A stretch of 64,000 nt of DNA from Tetramitus jugosus (Eukaryota > Protista > Heterolobosea). The translations under genes were made by a program, and so were the position numbers. Below are positions 42,238 to 54,483 of the stretch, piece after piece. Position 1 is the stretch's first letter, and each line of letters begins with the position of its first letter. The notes under the pieces are model-generated. The model was not told the DNA's origin. It ran no database searches and saw only the letters and a program-made list of their open reading frames with translations. Where the stretch lies: assembly GCA_937625935.1 (NCBI GenBank), contig OW569346.1, positions 496,001 to 560,000 on the forward strand, in the 5' to 3' direction.

Positions 42238-45200
42238 ATGACAACTCCAAGCCAATTGAAGTTGTCGGCTCTCGAAAATAACTCCACACTTGATATCCGA
42301 CAACAACAACAAAAAAGCGGACAACACCCCCCTTGCTCGCTAGCAACAACAAACAACAAACAACACATGTCAACACCAACACGTAACAAGCGTCATAGTG
42401 TGCTGGCCTTCACTGAACTAGGTCGGCTATTCATCAAACCCCACGCCAAACGTCCATCATCCTCTTCATCATCAACAAACAATGCCAATGAACCTCCATC
42501 GACACCCATTCACTCATCCATCAAACAAAAATTCACTGGCAACAGCAATACCACCTCCACCAACAACAACAATAATAGCAACCAACAAAAATCAGAAGCG
42601 ACATCAACAACAACTACAACAACACAAGAAGAAGCATTAAAACAACAACAACAACAAAATGCACTGTCCAATGCAGTTTCATCCGGTGATATACTTCCAT
42701 CGGCATATCTCATTGGACATGAACAAAGTTTGGCCTTTTTGGTCGCAAGAGATGACTTGTTTCTCAATCGAACGTGCATTGAACTTGTTCGCGTCACATC
42801 GCCCAACGTCATTATGCGCAGAGTGCTCTATGTTCACGAAAGAATTGTAAAGGTGGTGAGTGCGAGCTTGAATCACGATTCCACCATTTTAGCTTACACT
42901 GTTTTTGTGAAGAAACAACAACAACAACAGCAGCAGCAAACAGAAACTGGTCATAATAGTTCAAATGATGGTAGTGGTGGTAATAGTGGTGATTTGGATG
43001 AAAAACAGGAAATGCGTCTTGGTGGCTCACAGAGACGATCATCATCGTCCAAGAGTTCCTCCTCTGTTGGTTTTTATGAGAGCTATTTGATTGAAGTGGA
43101 AAAATCAAATCGATACTTGTTTGATGTTCGAGGAACTCAGTTGCAGAGAATTCAGGTTCGATATCGATATGTTGTGTGTTCTTGTGTGAATTTTTTTTTT
43201 CATTTCTTGTGCTCACCACCAACATTGTGTTCATTTTTTGTTCATATATTGTTGTTGTTGTTGATTGCCTTCTTTCTTTGTCACTGTACTAATCATTCAT
43301 TGTCAATACTGACATGACTTTAGTTTATACATGATCAAAATCGAAGAGGAACATCCTTCTTGTTCATGAGAGACAAGGAAAGAATAGAGCTGTATCATGT
43401 CATGACAGAGAAGATTAGAAAAGTGACCAGAATAAGAAATCAGCCTGAATTTCAAGCTACATTTGTGAAATCGCACCTCTGGATGCAGTGGGATCCTGAA
43501 GGCTCACTATTGTACTATATGGTCCGAGTGAAACCAGATTCGAGTCGACCAAGCAATAATAGTAATAATAATAATAATAGCAATGCTGCTCATTATCCGA
43601 GTACAAACAATAATAGTAACAATTCATCGTTTTCTGGTTCAGCGAATCAGCTTGGAAATGGTGGAGTGTCCTCTCCGCGTGCCGGCAGTAGTAGCAATCG
43701 ACTCAATGCTTCGAAAATGGTCAATGATGGTCATCAAACAGTGGAGTGCGCCATTCGATGCTGTAATTTCTCTGATGCCAATCGACCTCATATGTTGTTT
43801 GATTATGTGCTACCCATATCGATTAGTAGTGAGCTGTTGTCAGGTTCTTCGCACATTGATCGTTTTCCGTGGCGCAATGGAAACTGCTCACCTGATAGCT
43901 CTGTCTTTTTCCAAATCGTCAAGGTTGAGGTATGTTTCGTTGTTGTTTCTTTCCCTCATATTTAACTATTTTTTCTATGAGACATTGACTTACATCATTG
44001 CCCTTCTCCGTTTTATGTGATTATTAGAATGGACTTTGCCTTTGTCAGCAACACGTTCAAACAGTTGCAATAGAGAACAAGGAAACAGTGTTCACTATTA
44101 AAATCTCCATTTATGTGCTTCATCATCGCACAAAGATCGATTACACGATACCAGCAGAACAGTTGGCGCATATTGATCCCTCGATTCGCAAATATGTTCG
44201 AGCATTCTTTGGACTAATGGACAACATGTTAGTTGTTTATGTGCCGGGTGCACATTTGCAACTGTTGGATGTGTGTTCGAATCACAAGCCTGTACCATTA
44301 ATACAATTCACCAGAGCTGATGTACCGCATCTACCCTTCTATACTGGAGGAGTTGAGATGGCAATCAGTATTCAATCAGGAAAGCTTGATACGACAGACA
44401 CTACGGACGTGCTACTAAATCTTCGTAAGGGAGTCGTATATTCCTATCGGTTGAGTCTTGCCTCGCTAGAGCGGTGGTGTTTTGTGCCTAGGGCTCCTCA
44501 AGAATCAGTCGCTTTAGTTCATATACTTATTCATCACCTGAAAAATGTAGGTTTGCTGGAGCAGTTGATGAAAACATTCTGTTCTTACAAGTATCGAAAG
44601 TCATTGGCAGCAATTATTGAAGAGTATTTGACCGGAATGGCTTTCGATTTGTATTCGCAACAATCTGCTACTGACAAGGAGTTCCTAAAGTTAGTTCCAT
44701 TAAGCTCTCTGGAGCGGAGTAGCCCATCTGATTTTCCAGACTTTGCGATTCAAAGTTTGGGCAGTTACTACGACTATGGCAATAATGTGATGGGCAAGAC
44801 GATACGCTCTCCTCACAAGCATTGCACATCTTTCATCTTGAGGAATTTGATCGTCAGTAAACTGTTGGCGAGTGATCCCTTTCAGTCACAGTCGACAGGC
44901 ACAACCTCAAACAACTCCAGTAGTAACAATATAGTGGCAGTCGGTAAGAATTCATCGAGTGATCTACCAACAAAATCAAGCTTTAAGACATCATTCTTTA
45001 GCTTTTTCATGAGATCTGTTGACGAGGGAAAGCCAATTCTACCCGATGTACCACTAATGGATGATACCTATGGACAACAGTCGAGAACTATGTTTGTCGA
45101 GACATTGTTAGACATTTTGAGTGCAGGCACTCGAGATGTCAAACAAAAACAGCGAATTTCCAAATCTCTTTCAGAGTATGTGACCATATTGACAAAACAA

Positions 45201-46126
45201 ACGAACCACTTGTGGACCAACGTACGAAAGGATGAATACACATTGCAATACTTTCGGGTGATTGAGTCATTTGCAGCAGCACTAGATGAATCCTGTTTCC
45301 CTGTGCCGAACGAATTCACAACTCATTTTTCAATTGTGGCTTACCAATCACTAGCGAGAAGGTAACTAACATTATCATACTTACCATTTTGTGTCACACA
45401 ACCAAACATTAATTGACACTCAATTTTACTCTTAATAGTGCATTTTTACAATACGTCTCACGTGGAATCGTAAAGATTTCAGAGGATGTTCTGAGACACA
45501 TTTCTCGTGACTTGTTTACTGAGTCAACAGAAAACAGTGCCCCAGCTCACAGGTTTACTGAGCAACAAAATCAATCCTTCTTTGCTTCATTGCTCCAGAA
45601 TGTGCATGACAATGAGTTAAGGCTATCGTACTATGAGAAATTGTTGACTCAGTCGCCGTTGATGATGGATCACTATCATCAATCGTTGGCTGTGAATGCC
45701 TCATCCTTTGACATGCTTCTAGAATCCTATAATCAATTGATGAACTCGCAACAAAATGGCCAGCAGCACCTGACTGATGGAACCGAGATGATTGATAGTG
45801 GAATTAACACATCGTTTGCTCCTCTTACTATTTATTTATTGTCACTCAGTTCGGAGAGAAGCCAACCCCTAGCAAATACGATCACTTCTCAGCCATTGAA
45901 TATTGGTTCACCACCATCGTCAGACTCGAGCAACACTCCATCTCATTCATTCTTCTCATTCATGACTCCATCGACCGCATCAAGGGATTCAGGTTATCCA
46001 GACCTGGACAACATTTTTGCCGAGAGTGACAGCGCCAGTGAAGACATTTTGACTTATGAAGATCATTACACAAGATACATACTCCAGCATTCTGAGCAAG
46101 TACTTCACGATTTCACACTGGAATAA
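42238..46126 (+). CDS. Gamma-secretase-activating protein (GSAP/pigeon)-like; introns ~43156-43323, 43930-44027, 45362-45438
   Basis: LWMQWD...LYY, GLCLCQQH and AFLQY resemble GSAP; four ORF pieces join in frame via GT-AG introns. Confidence 0.65.
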
Positions 46127-46398
46127 ACACCGTTGCCGCACAGATCACCTGATCCCCATTTTCTCGTTGTATTTTCCCAAATTGCCAGTAAAACTTAAAA
46201 ATAGAATACAACGAACATAAACGGTTATGCGGGCCTTTGAAAAAACTCCTATTCTTCCGATGGCTTCGTCTGGCCACCAGAGTCCAGAAAAATTCGCATG
46301 GCAAAAGTTTGTCAGGTTCAAAAAAAGGAAGCAAAGCAACACACCTCCTTCACCCCCCGAGCTATTTACGTTAAAAGTGACAACACATCCAATCCTTT

Positions 46399-47697
46399 AT
46401 GATACAATCTGCGACCGTTACAACACATTATCCATCTCATAAACTACAACAGAACATTTACCATGCTCTAACTGCTTTTCTGTGCATTTTCAAGAATTTG
46501 ATGATTTGTAAGAAAATCCTCCATTCTGTCCCAAGTCACAAGCGAAATCAAATCTCGTTCATGAGTGCCATATTCATCATGATTCTAGCCAATGAATTCG
46601 GTTCCTGGTTAAGCAAGCTTCTTCTCATGTTTGCTCTTCCATCATCACCGACATCACTGTCGTCATCATCATTGAGATCCTCTTCTGTGCAAAGGAGTTC
46701 TTACTTCTTCTCACTGGAGAATAATCTAAAGGTCGAATGTGCCATCATGGTATGGCTTCTGGTGAATCATGTACTGCCCAAGCACTTTGTCTACGATTAC
46801 TTGTTTCCAATCATGAACAGAGCACCATTCAATTTCATTTACTATGTGCCACATGATTGGCGCAAGGGACTTGGCCTCTGTTCATTCATTGAAAAGTATC
46901 GCAAGAGATGCCTGCATTACTTTGATGCCGAATACGTGGATGACTACTACTACTATTATTCTTACGATAGAGACTATGAGTCTCACAGTGAGATTTCGAT
47001 ACAAGACGTGGCATTCATCTCACAGAACAGTATACTACTTCCTCTGTTGGCCAGCACGATATCATCCTGTTCTAGCACCTTTACATTCACTTTGCTCAAA
47101 TCGATTCTGTTGCCAAGTTGCGACGACGAAGAAGATGACAGCAAAACAACCACAACAATCGAACGGAGGAGGAATTCCACTTCGTCATCATCCAAGGGCA
47201 TTCACAGCATGTTAGCTCCAGTGCTGTACAAGATGAAGCTTCGATTCATTGCAGCGTTCATTTACAATGTCATTGTGTATGAGTGTGGTAGTCGATTCTT
47301 GATTCAATGGAACGGTTATCAAATGATCAGGATGGAGACACTGATTGCCATCTTGTTTGCCATGTTACCTATTCATCGATATCTCGTTGATAAGAGCGGC
47401 ATTGTGAACCAACATTCGATATTTGCCGAAGTAACAGCTTCGTTGGATATAGTCCCAGCTACCAGTACTGCTGTTGAACCAATTGATTCAACGACGACAG
47501 CAACAACAACGGTACAAAAGATGGTTCCATCCAAGCCATTTTCAACCATGTATGCTACTGTGATTCAAACAGCTTATTCCATCATGAGTGAACGACAGTT
47601 GTTGAGAAGCAAAACCACTGCTGCGTATCACGAGATAGTCCCAGAGACTGAAGAAGAGGAAGAAGGATCAGGATCCAAATCAATTGCATGTTCGTGA
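46399..47697 (+). CDS. Multi-pass membrane protein, unknown family
   Basis: 432 aa ORF with several hydrophobic segments. Confidence 0.55.
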   Translation: MIQSATVTTHYPSHKLQQNIYHALTAFLCIFKNLMICKKILHSVPSHKRNQISFMSAIFIMILANEFGSWLSKLLLMFALPSSPTSLSSSSLRSSSVQRSSYFFSLENNLKVECAIMVWLLVNHVLPKHFVYDYLFPIMNRAPFNFIYYVPHDWRKGLGLCSFIEKYRKRCLHYFDAEYVDDYYYYYSYDRDYESHSEISIQDVAFISQNSILLPLLASTISSCSSTFTFTLLKSILLPSCDDEEDDSKTTTTIERRRNSTSSSSKGIHSMLAPVLYKMKLRFIAAFIYNVIVYECGSRFLIQWNGYQMIRMETLIAILFAMLPIHRYLVDKSGIVNQHSIFAEVTASLDIVPATSTAVEPIDSTTTATTTVQKMVPSKPFSTMYATVIQTAYSIMSERQLLRSKTTAAYHEIVPETEEEEEGSGSKSIACS

Positions 47698-47876
47698 GAA
47701 TGACATATTGAAATGGTTTTGTTTCTGACTTTGGCCAAGCAGGCTGACGTGGTTGGTCCACTAATTTTCAAAGGAACCACCCACCCTGAGCTATAATTCA
47801 TCCAAATGGAGGATACGTCGCTTCATCTGGTGAGTAATAAACTTCTTTTTTCAATCACATGCAGCTATACTCTCCA

Positions 47877-48717
47877 TCAATTCATGAGTATGATCTCACA
47901 GTCCGTCAATGTGCGTCGTTTCTGCAACTTTGAGAGTACTCTTCGAAAGATGTGGCTGTGATCGCATTTCTCTCTGATTCCCGTCTCAATAATAACATAC
48001 CTGTTCTCTTCATACAAAGAATTACCACCCATGACTAATAATCTTCCATTTCCTACATGCAGAGTAGTATGGTCAGATCGATTGAACGAGTCCAAACATG
48101 TGCATTCAGCTTGATACCAGATAGAGTTCTTCAATGAGTAAACGTATACTGAGCTAGTGTTTCGAACTCCGAATTGCCTTGCGAAGATGATCATGAAATC
48201 GCCCACCACAGTTGCTGAATGTGCAACAAAATCATGACAAGTATACAATGGAATATGAAAAGGCACCTCCCAACATTCTAGAGAATCATAACTGTGTTAC
48301 AAACTAGTTCTTATTCTATTAACAATAAATCATTCGGACGTACATACTTGTATCAATATTGAATATATAAATGTATTGACAAACCTCCCCGCCCAATACA
48401 TAGATCTTTCCTTTGTAAAACACTGCAGAGTGATTACATACAGGAGGAAGAGTCATGTCATTTTTTCCAACAGAGTAGTTATCACCACCATTAGAGTCAA
48501 TCACCTCATCAAACTCCATCGTGTATGGATTCAGTACATAGATGTCATTTTGCTCCTCCATCTTCCCCGTTCTCACATCCAAACACTTTCCTCCTATTAT
48601 ATAAATTCGATAAGATTCCGTGTCGGTGTACTCCTTTTTGACCACTGTCATCGTGTGATTCGGTGAGCAGCAGAAGACAATGGAAGCTCTTCTCTCTAGC
48701 AAGTGTGCATGACTCAC
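47877..48717 (-). CDS. Kelch-repeat protein (exon pieces; 5' structure unresolved, possibly degraded)
   Basis: HSAV...IYVLGG, HSATVVG, HTTLHVGNGRLLVMGG repeats. Confidence 0.6.
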
Positions 48718-49322
48718 CCATCTCCACTTATGGATTCTACATGTCTCTCACAGTGATTGCAGGCGAGTGTTTGTATGCTGCAGTGTTTGGTGATTGGATT
48801 CAACCATCAGAACACGGTGGCATGGCATGTATGTTGTTAAAAGTTGGATGTCAACAAGCAATCCTCTAAGGTCGTGATTATTCAATCTAAGTATGATGGG
48901 ATATCCATTGTACTTCCATGAGCTGACGATGAGAACAACAACCGCAAATTGTGAGAAGAGGAGATCGATTAGAAGAGTATCATTGCTTTGACAAGATCAT
49001 TGGAGAAGAAATGATTCAGTTCTTGCCTTCTAGAACGAACAATTAGCAGATGATGGACTTTTATCCAATTACAATTCGATTATCCTCTTGAGAGCTGATA
49101 GAACCATGGGTGGAGACCTGTACAAATTACAGGAACCAAATCCCCACTCTTTGCTCCAACTGATAGATCACAGCTAAATAAATCACTTTGGGAATTCCAC
49201 AGATATTTCTCCGCGTCCATTCTTGCGAGTTCCCATTGGACTTCCGTTTTTGTGCGCAGTTATCAACCCATTCTCGCAAAAATTCGAAAGAGTGCGCGAC
49301 CACAACCACACAACTACATTAA

Positions 49323-51191
49323 ATGACGCATGATCTGCCTGCAGATACTCTAAATCTCATTTTCAGCTTTTGTCAACCTGTTCAATGGGTGACGCTCGTG
49401 TCTGTTTGTCGCGAGTGGAGATATCTCTTGTCAAAAAATGGAAATGTTTGGAAAGAGGTAAGAGCTTCATCATTGGATTGGTTCTCTCTGTTGTTGTTAT
49501 TATTAAATCTGTGTTTGTTGTGCGTTTGTTTTTGTTAGATTTTCCAGGAGCGTGTCTCTTTTTGGAGATATCATTTGGATATGGACTTGCAATTTGCAGT
49601 GGAAACACATGTGGTGAACACCATGATGCATCATTTGCAAAGGCACAAGAGCAGCGAGAATTTGGCCAAATCTCCACGTGTCAAACACAAGAAAGAATAT
49701 CAACCATTGGACGCCACAGAGCAACAGAATTCGTCTTCGTTTCAAATGCTTGAAAACTATGCTGCCCTCATACGACATCACGATCACTTGAGGAAAGGAA
49801 TATCGAATCAGATTGACTTCCCTGTGATTGACAAAAGCTTAGATGACAATGCTTTCGCCATGTACTATCTGTTGTGCATTCGCATGTTGGAACGAAAAGC
49901 CTCTCGTGTGCTGGCCGAGTCTGACGACAATATACTGTCTATTACACATTTAACACTAGACAGAGAAACAGATAGGAGAAAGAATGTTGCATGTGATGAT
50001 GGATATGATGTGTTAGCATTGCCATCTTTATCCCTTGAGAGCCAACGCTGTGCATTGTTTGACTCGAATGTCCTGGGAACACAGGACTGCAACTTTACTA
50101 AGAAGCGAGAGCATTTTGAAAGACTGCAGCAAATTAATGTATGGACGAGATACTTTTCGCAAGCAACCATGAATGTGATCCTATGTGTGCTCACGTTTCT
50201 GTTTCTCTTGTTAGTAGTGATCAAGTTAAACTTGCCGAGTTGGAATCCATCGGTGACTCCAAACACACTACTGCCCGAATATACGTCAACGACGACAAAC
50301 AAAATCGTGGGTGCTGATGTATATTGGTGTATTCCATTCAGTGTGCTCTACTTGATCCATTTTCTAATCGCACTCAATATCGGTGTTTCACTTATGAGAC
50401 AATGTTCACACTTGGCGAACCAAGCAGCCAAATTCCGTTTAGTTCGGAAATACTTGGTCCAGATGAAATTAATACTTGGATGGATCAATACATGCTTGTT
50501 TTGCTTCTTTGTGCTATGGCATCTTCGATTAACATTTCCCAACTACGATCGAAGCTCTCATTCTACACCCTATGATTCCATGAACCCCTACTTGCAGGCG
50601 TCATATGTGTTCGGATCTGGTCTCATCACATTGAGTCCATTGTATCTGCTAAGTTTTAGCCTATGTGGTTTGGTTCTCTATATGTTGTTCATGCTCTATG
50701 CGAATTCATTTTTGAGTACTGTGGTGTTGAGTGAGTTTCTTATCGCAGGTTTGGTGGTGACAGGGCTTGGATTTTTGTTGTCACAAGTTGTTTTGTTGCT
50801 CTGGTTACTGAAATGGGAATTGCACAATTATGTGGATCATGTGTATTTCAATTGGTCTTACGTGTTCATTCCTTGTTACTTGGCTGCTCTGCTCACTATC
50901 TTGGCTATCATTGCATTTGCCCTTATTGTTGCTATCCAAGGAGAATTATCCAAGCATGAACAGAAGCTGTTTATTGTTATCCCGGTCTGTTCTGTTTTGA
51001 TTTTATGCCTGCTGATTGTATGGATGATATTGGTAAGTATTACTACGGGTGGTGTGTGGAAATACTCCTATATCGCTCTAATGCCAATTCCGTTTCTACT
51101 ATGGACACTGGCACTCACCTTGAACAAGGATATCCTGTTGCCTTTGGTGTTTGATGATGTAGACAAGTTGGTCGAACAGCAAGATTTATAA
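49323..51191 (+). CDS. F-box + multi-pass membrane (TMEM185/TMEM60-like) protein; intron ~49458-49538
   Basis: DLPADTLNLIFSF...VSVCREWR F-box; W..VFIP-type helices in the C-terminal half. Confidence 0.7.
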
Positions 51192-52339
51192 ATCATCTTC
51201 ATGCCTCTCCTCCATTGTAATGTTCTCCATTGAGATTGTTTCGTCCCTTTGGTCCTCATCTAACAGTTCACGCTCCTCAATGTCGTCTGGTCTGTTGGTG
51301 GTAGTGAGAGATGTGATCTCATCTAGCTTCACATGCACGTGAAGCCCCTTCATTTCATACACAAACGAAATCATGTACAGGATAATAAATGAGATCATCA
51401 AGTATTGCACCAAAGCACCATACTTGTTTGCAGCATTCATTGCTGCGCAAGTCTGTTGTTCAATCTCTTGAACAGAACAGTTGGTAATCACTGCTACAGC
51501 AGATGCCACTTGAACGAACACAATTGAAAGAATGACCGAAATACAACAGAGAAAACGATAGACTGTCCAGGCACTCACACCAAACACTCTCCAGACAAAA
51601 CTATTCAGTGGTGCTTGACCCATGATCTTCCACTTGCGATCCGTCCAGAATGAACTTATCAAGTTGAGCCACATGTGAGCATACATGGCCGAGAAGAACA
51701 ATCCAGAGCATGCCAAATGAAACAGAGTGACGTATGCCTTCGTTCCAGAGATCTCCTTGCCCGACGTGATATCGCTCAACTGAGATGGGTCTCCCTCGAC
51801 CAGAGGCACCAACCCTAAACCTGTTAGACCAAAGCTGGACAATGCAACAAACAAACAGGAAACAGCATTCAACCATCTCAACCTGAAGCAACCAAAACAG
51901 CACATGATCACTCGACTGGAGCTACTGTAGTGTTGCTGCTGACTACCACTACCACTACCATTTGTAATCAACAATTGTTCAACTTGAGACGCTCTCTGAC
52001 AGAGAGCATAGTAGAGAACGAGTGACATGACAAACAAGAGGAATCCAGAGATGACAATCGACAATGTAAAAATGTATTTTCCGGGTAGGTACACTGCAGC
52101 CTCTATATTATTACATACACATATTATAGATGAGTCATGAGTCAATTATGAACTAATTGTGTGTTTTTATATATAGAAAAAGCTTTTAGACTCTTTGTTC
52201 ACATACCACTGAGAGCAGGCAAGTGATCCGCATTGTCTGCTGTGATAAAAAAGAGAATCACAGTAGTGATGAGACTGAATGACAGGATGCCAGAAACGAC
52301 TGGTGGAACAATGACCAGCGGAAATTTGAATGTTTTCAT
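51186..52339 (-). CDS. Frag1/DRAM/Sfk1 family membrane protein; intron 52103-52206
   Basis: LPALS|EAAVYLPGKYIF and HLACSGLFF motifs; about six TM segments. Confidence 0.7.
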
Positions 52340-52471
52340 GTTTTCTCTCTGATTCGGGATCAGCAAAAAAATTAAAAGTCCACGAAAAACAAAAACAAAA
52401 ACAACAGCTCAATTCAGAAACAAAATTCGAATCGGCCGGTCGATTTTTTACAGCAAGATGATAGAACAGGA

Positions 52472-52567
52472 TCCCATATAGTCTAGCTGGTTAGGATATC
52501 CGGCTTTCACTTCCAAGCTGATAGCTAAAGTTCCCGGAAGACCCGGGTTCGAGTCCCGGTATGGGAG
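52472..52567 (+). tRNA. tRNA-Glu(TTC) with 23-nt intron (52510-52532)
   Basis: TCCCATA/TATGGGA acceptor stem, TCCGG/CCGGA anticodon stem, GGTTCGAGTCCC T-arm; intron at canonical 37/38. Confidence 0.93.
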
Positions 52568-52656
52568 ATACTTTTAAACGGATTTTGATGTTACCCAAGT
52601 TGTGACTCTAGGAGGTGTCACAAAAAATATGAGATTTAATTGGATTGACAGAGGAG

Positions 52657-54354
52657 TTACCGCCAAAGTTTTAATGTGCCATCTCTGCTCCAACTGGCGA
52701 GCAAATTTTGAGACGGATGGTGAATAATTCCCAACACTGACTTCTTGTGCAGTTGCAACACATGGTTAAGCTTGGTAGTTTGTGTATCGAACACATACAA
52801 TGAATGATCCTCACCTACTGCATATAAATAATTGCCGGAGACAGATGGCACGCAAAATACGAAATCGGTGGCATTCGCAGCATTGTTTGTAATGGTTTTC
52901 AACAAGTTTCCCTCTAGATCATTCACATGAATGATTGGCGAGGCACTACAAATGACAATTTCTTGCAATTCCCCTCCAGGAAGTGGTAACGCACTATGTA
53001 TTGGTGCGTGATGTGCCGTTTTGCTTGCCTTCTTTGCATCAGGGAAAAATGTGAGTTGGCATTCCATTGTTTTGATGTCCCATACTTTGATCGTGGCATC
53101 ACTGCTCGCTGAAACAATCTTTGTCATGTCAGATGTGAAGAAGGCACTATTGACAAAGCTCTGATGGCCATTAAAAGTTTTCAAGACGCGACCAGATTGT
53201 AGTCCATAGATTCGTATAGAAGCGTCGTGAGATGCTGACAAGATTTGACTGGAATCATCGGAAAAGGAGATGCAACTGATGGCCTTCGAATGAGCACTAT
53301 CAATCTTCCGAATACATTCACCAGTTTTAATGTTCCATATCTTGATAACAGCGTCCTCCGACGCAGATGCCAACACTTCTGAAGTTTTGTTGAAACTGAT
53401 ACACAGAACAGGTGACTCATGCATCATGATTCGATCTTCGGCCTGATATTGCAAATTAGTGTTCAACTTTGCTCGTGACATGTATTCCCATACTTCCACA
53501 AATCCGTCTACACTGCCCGTCACCAAGTATTGACCATCGGGAGAGAAGCATGCACAAGTCGCATGTGATTTCTTTCCAAACTTGATCAAGTTTTCCATAG
53601 TGCTCGGGAATGACGAATCAGCAGCAGCCTGAGTTAACATAAGTCCCTCATTGAACGAAGTCAACGTTCTGCCCGAAAACAAATCAAATTTACCAACGTC
53701 ACTCGGCGTTAATTGTTCTCCGTGCTCCTGTTGATACTTTAACGCTTGACCAATCAGCGTAATTAAGCGAGCTGGAGGTGCGACACGAACTTCCTCTCTC
53801 AACGCATTTGCAATGACAAGTCTTCGTTGATCTCTCGACCCCTTTCCATATGCTTCCATCTCATCGAATAGATTCGAATAGACAAATCGATGCAGTTTGG
53901 CATATCTCTCAGGCTCTTCACTCATGAACTGATGATCAAAACAAGTGGAATAACTGGTGCCCTCCAAGCCAGTGAGCAACAATTTCGCGGTATCAATCTC
54001 CTTCATTTCGCACAACTCGAATATCATGTGCTCGTGAAGATCAATGAGTTTGGCTCTAGGTAGGCTCACGTACTGCAATTGTTTGATAACAGAGTCCCAC
54101 CGCCCATGTATCACATCACTCACAAACAGTTTCAAGTTGTCAACAGTGTTTAGTGAGACTTGTGTTTCGGATTGTATGGCCTCAAACGATTTTGTCATGT
54201 GATTCTCTTTGCAGAATTGGAGCATGAGTCGTATGACACTATTATCCATGATGTTAGCAACATGATGTGCAACCGCTTCAAGCGTGATTTTAATGACTTA
54301 CTCTTCGATTTCGACCTGCACTTCTTGCTTCTTCTGGGTCGTTGTGGGTTCCAT
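52657..54354 (-). CDS. SMU1: WD40 splicing factor SMU1; intron ~54239-54301
   Basis: VIRLMLQFCKEN...VSLNTVD (LisH/CTLH), PPARLITLIGQALKYQ, IKFGKKSH, GSVDGFVEVW. Confidence 0.93.
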
Positions 54355-54483
54355 TTTTTTTTGATCTTTACTTGTTGAAGTTTCATCCAGAAAGCGACAG
54401 ATCAAATTTGATGTTGGCGCCAGAAATTCCAGTACGATACATTTTTTTGGCAGGAACAAAACTTTCTGTTTTGGTTAGAAAAG

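Noticed and set aside
52510-52532. tRNA-Glu intron as a novelty
   Set aside because: Canonical 37/38 position and ordinary length.
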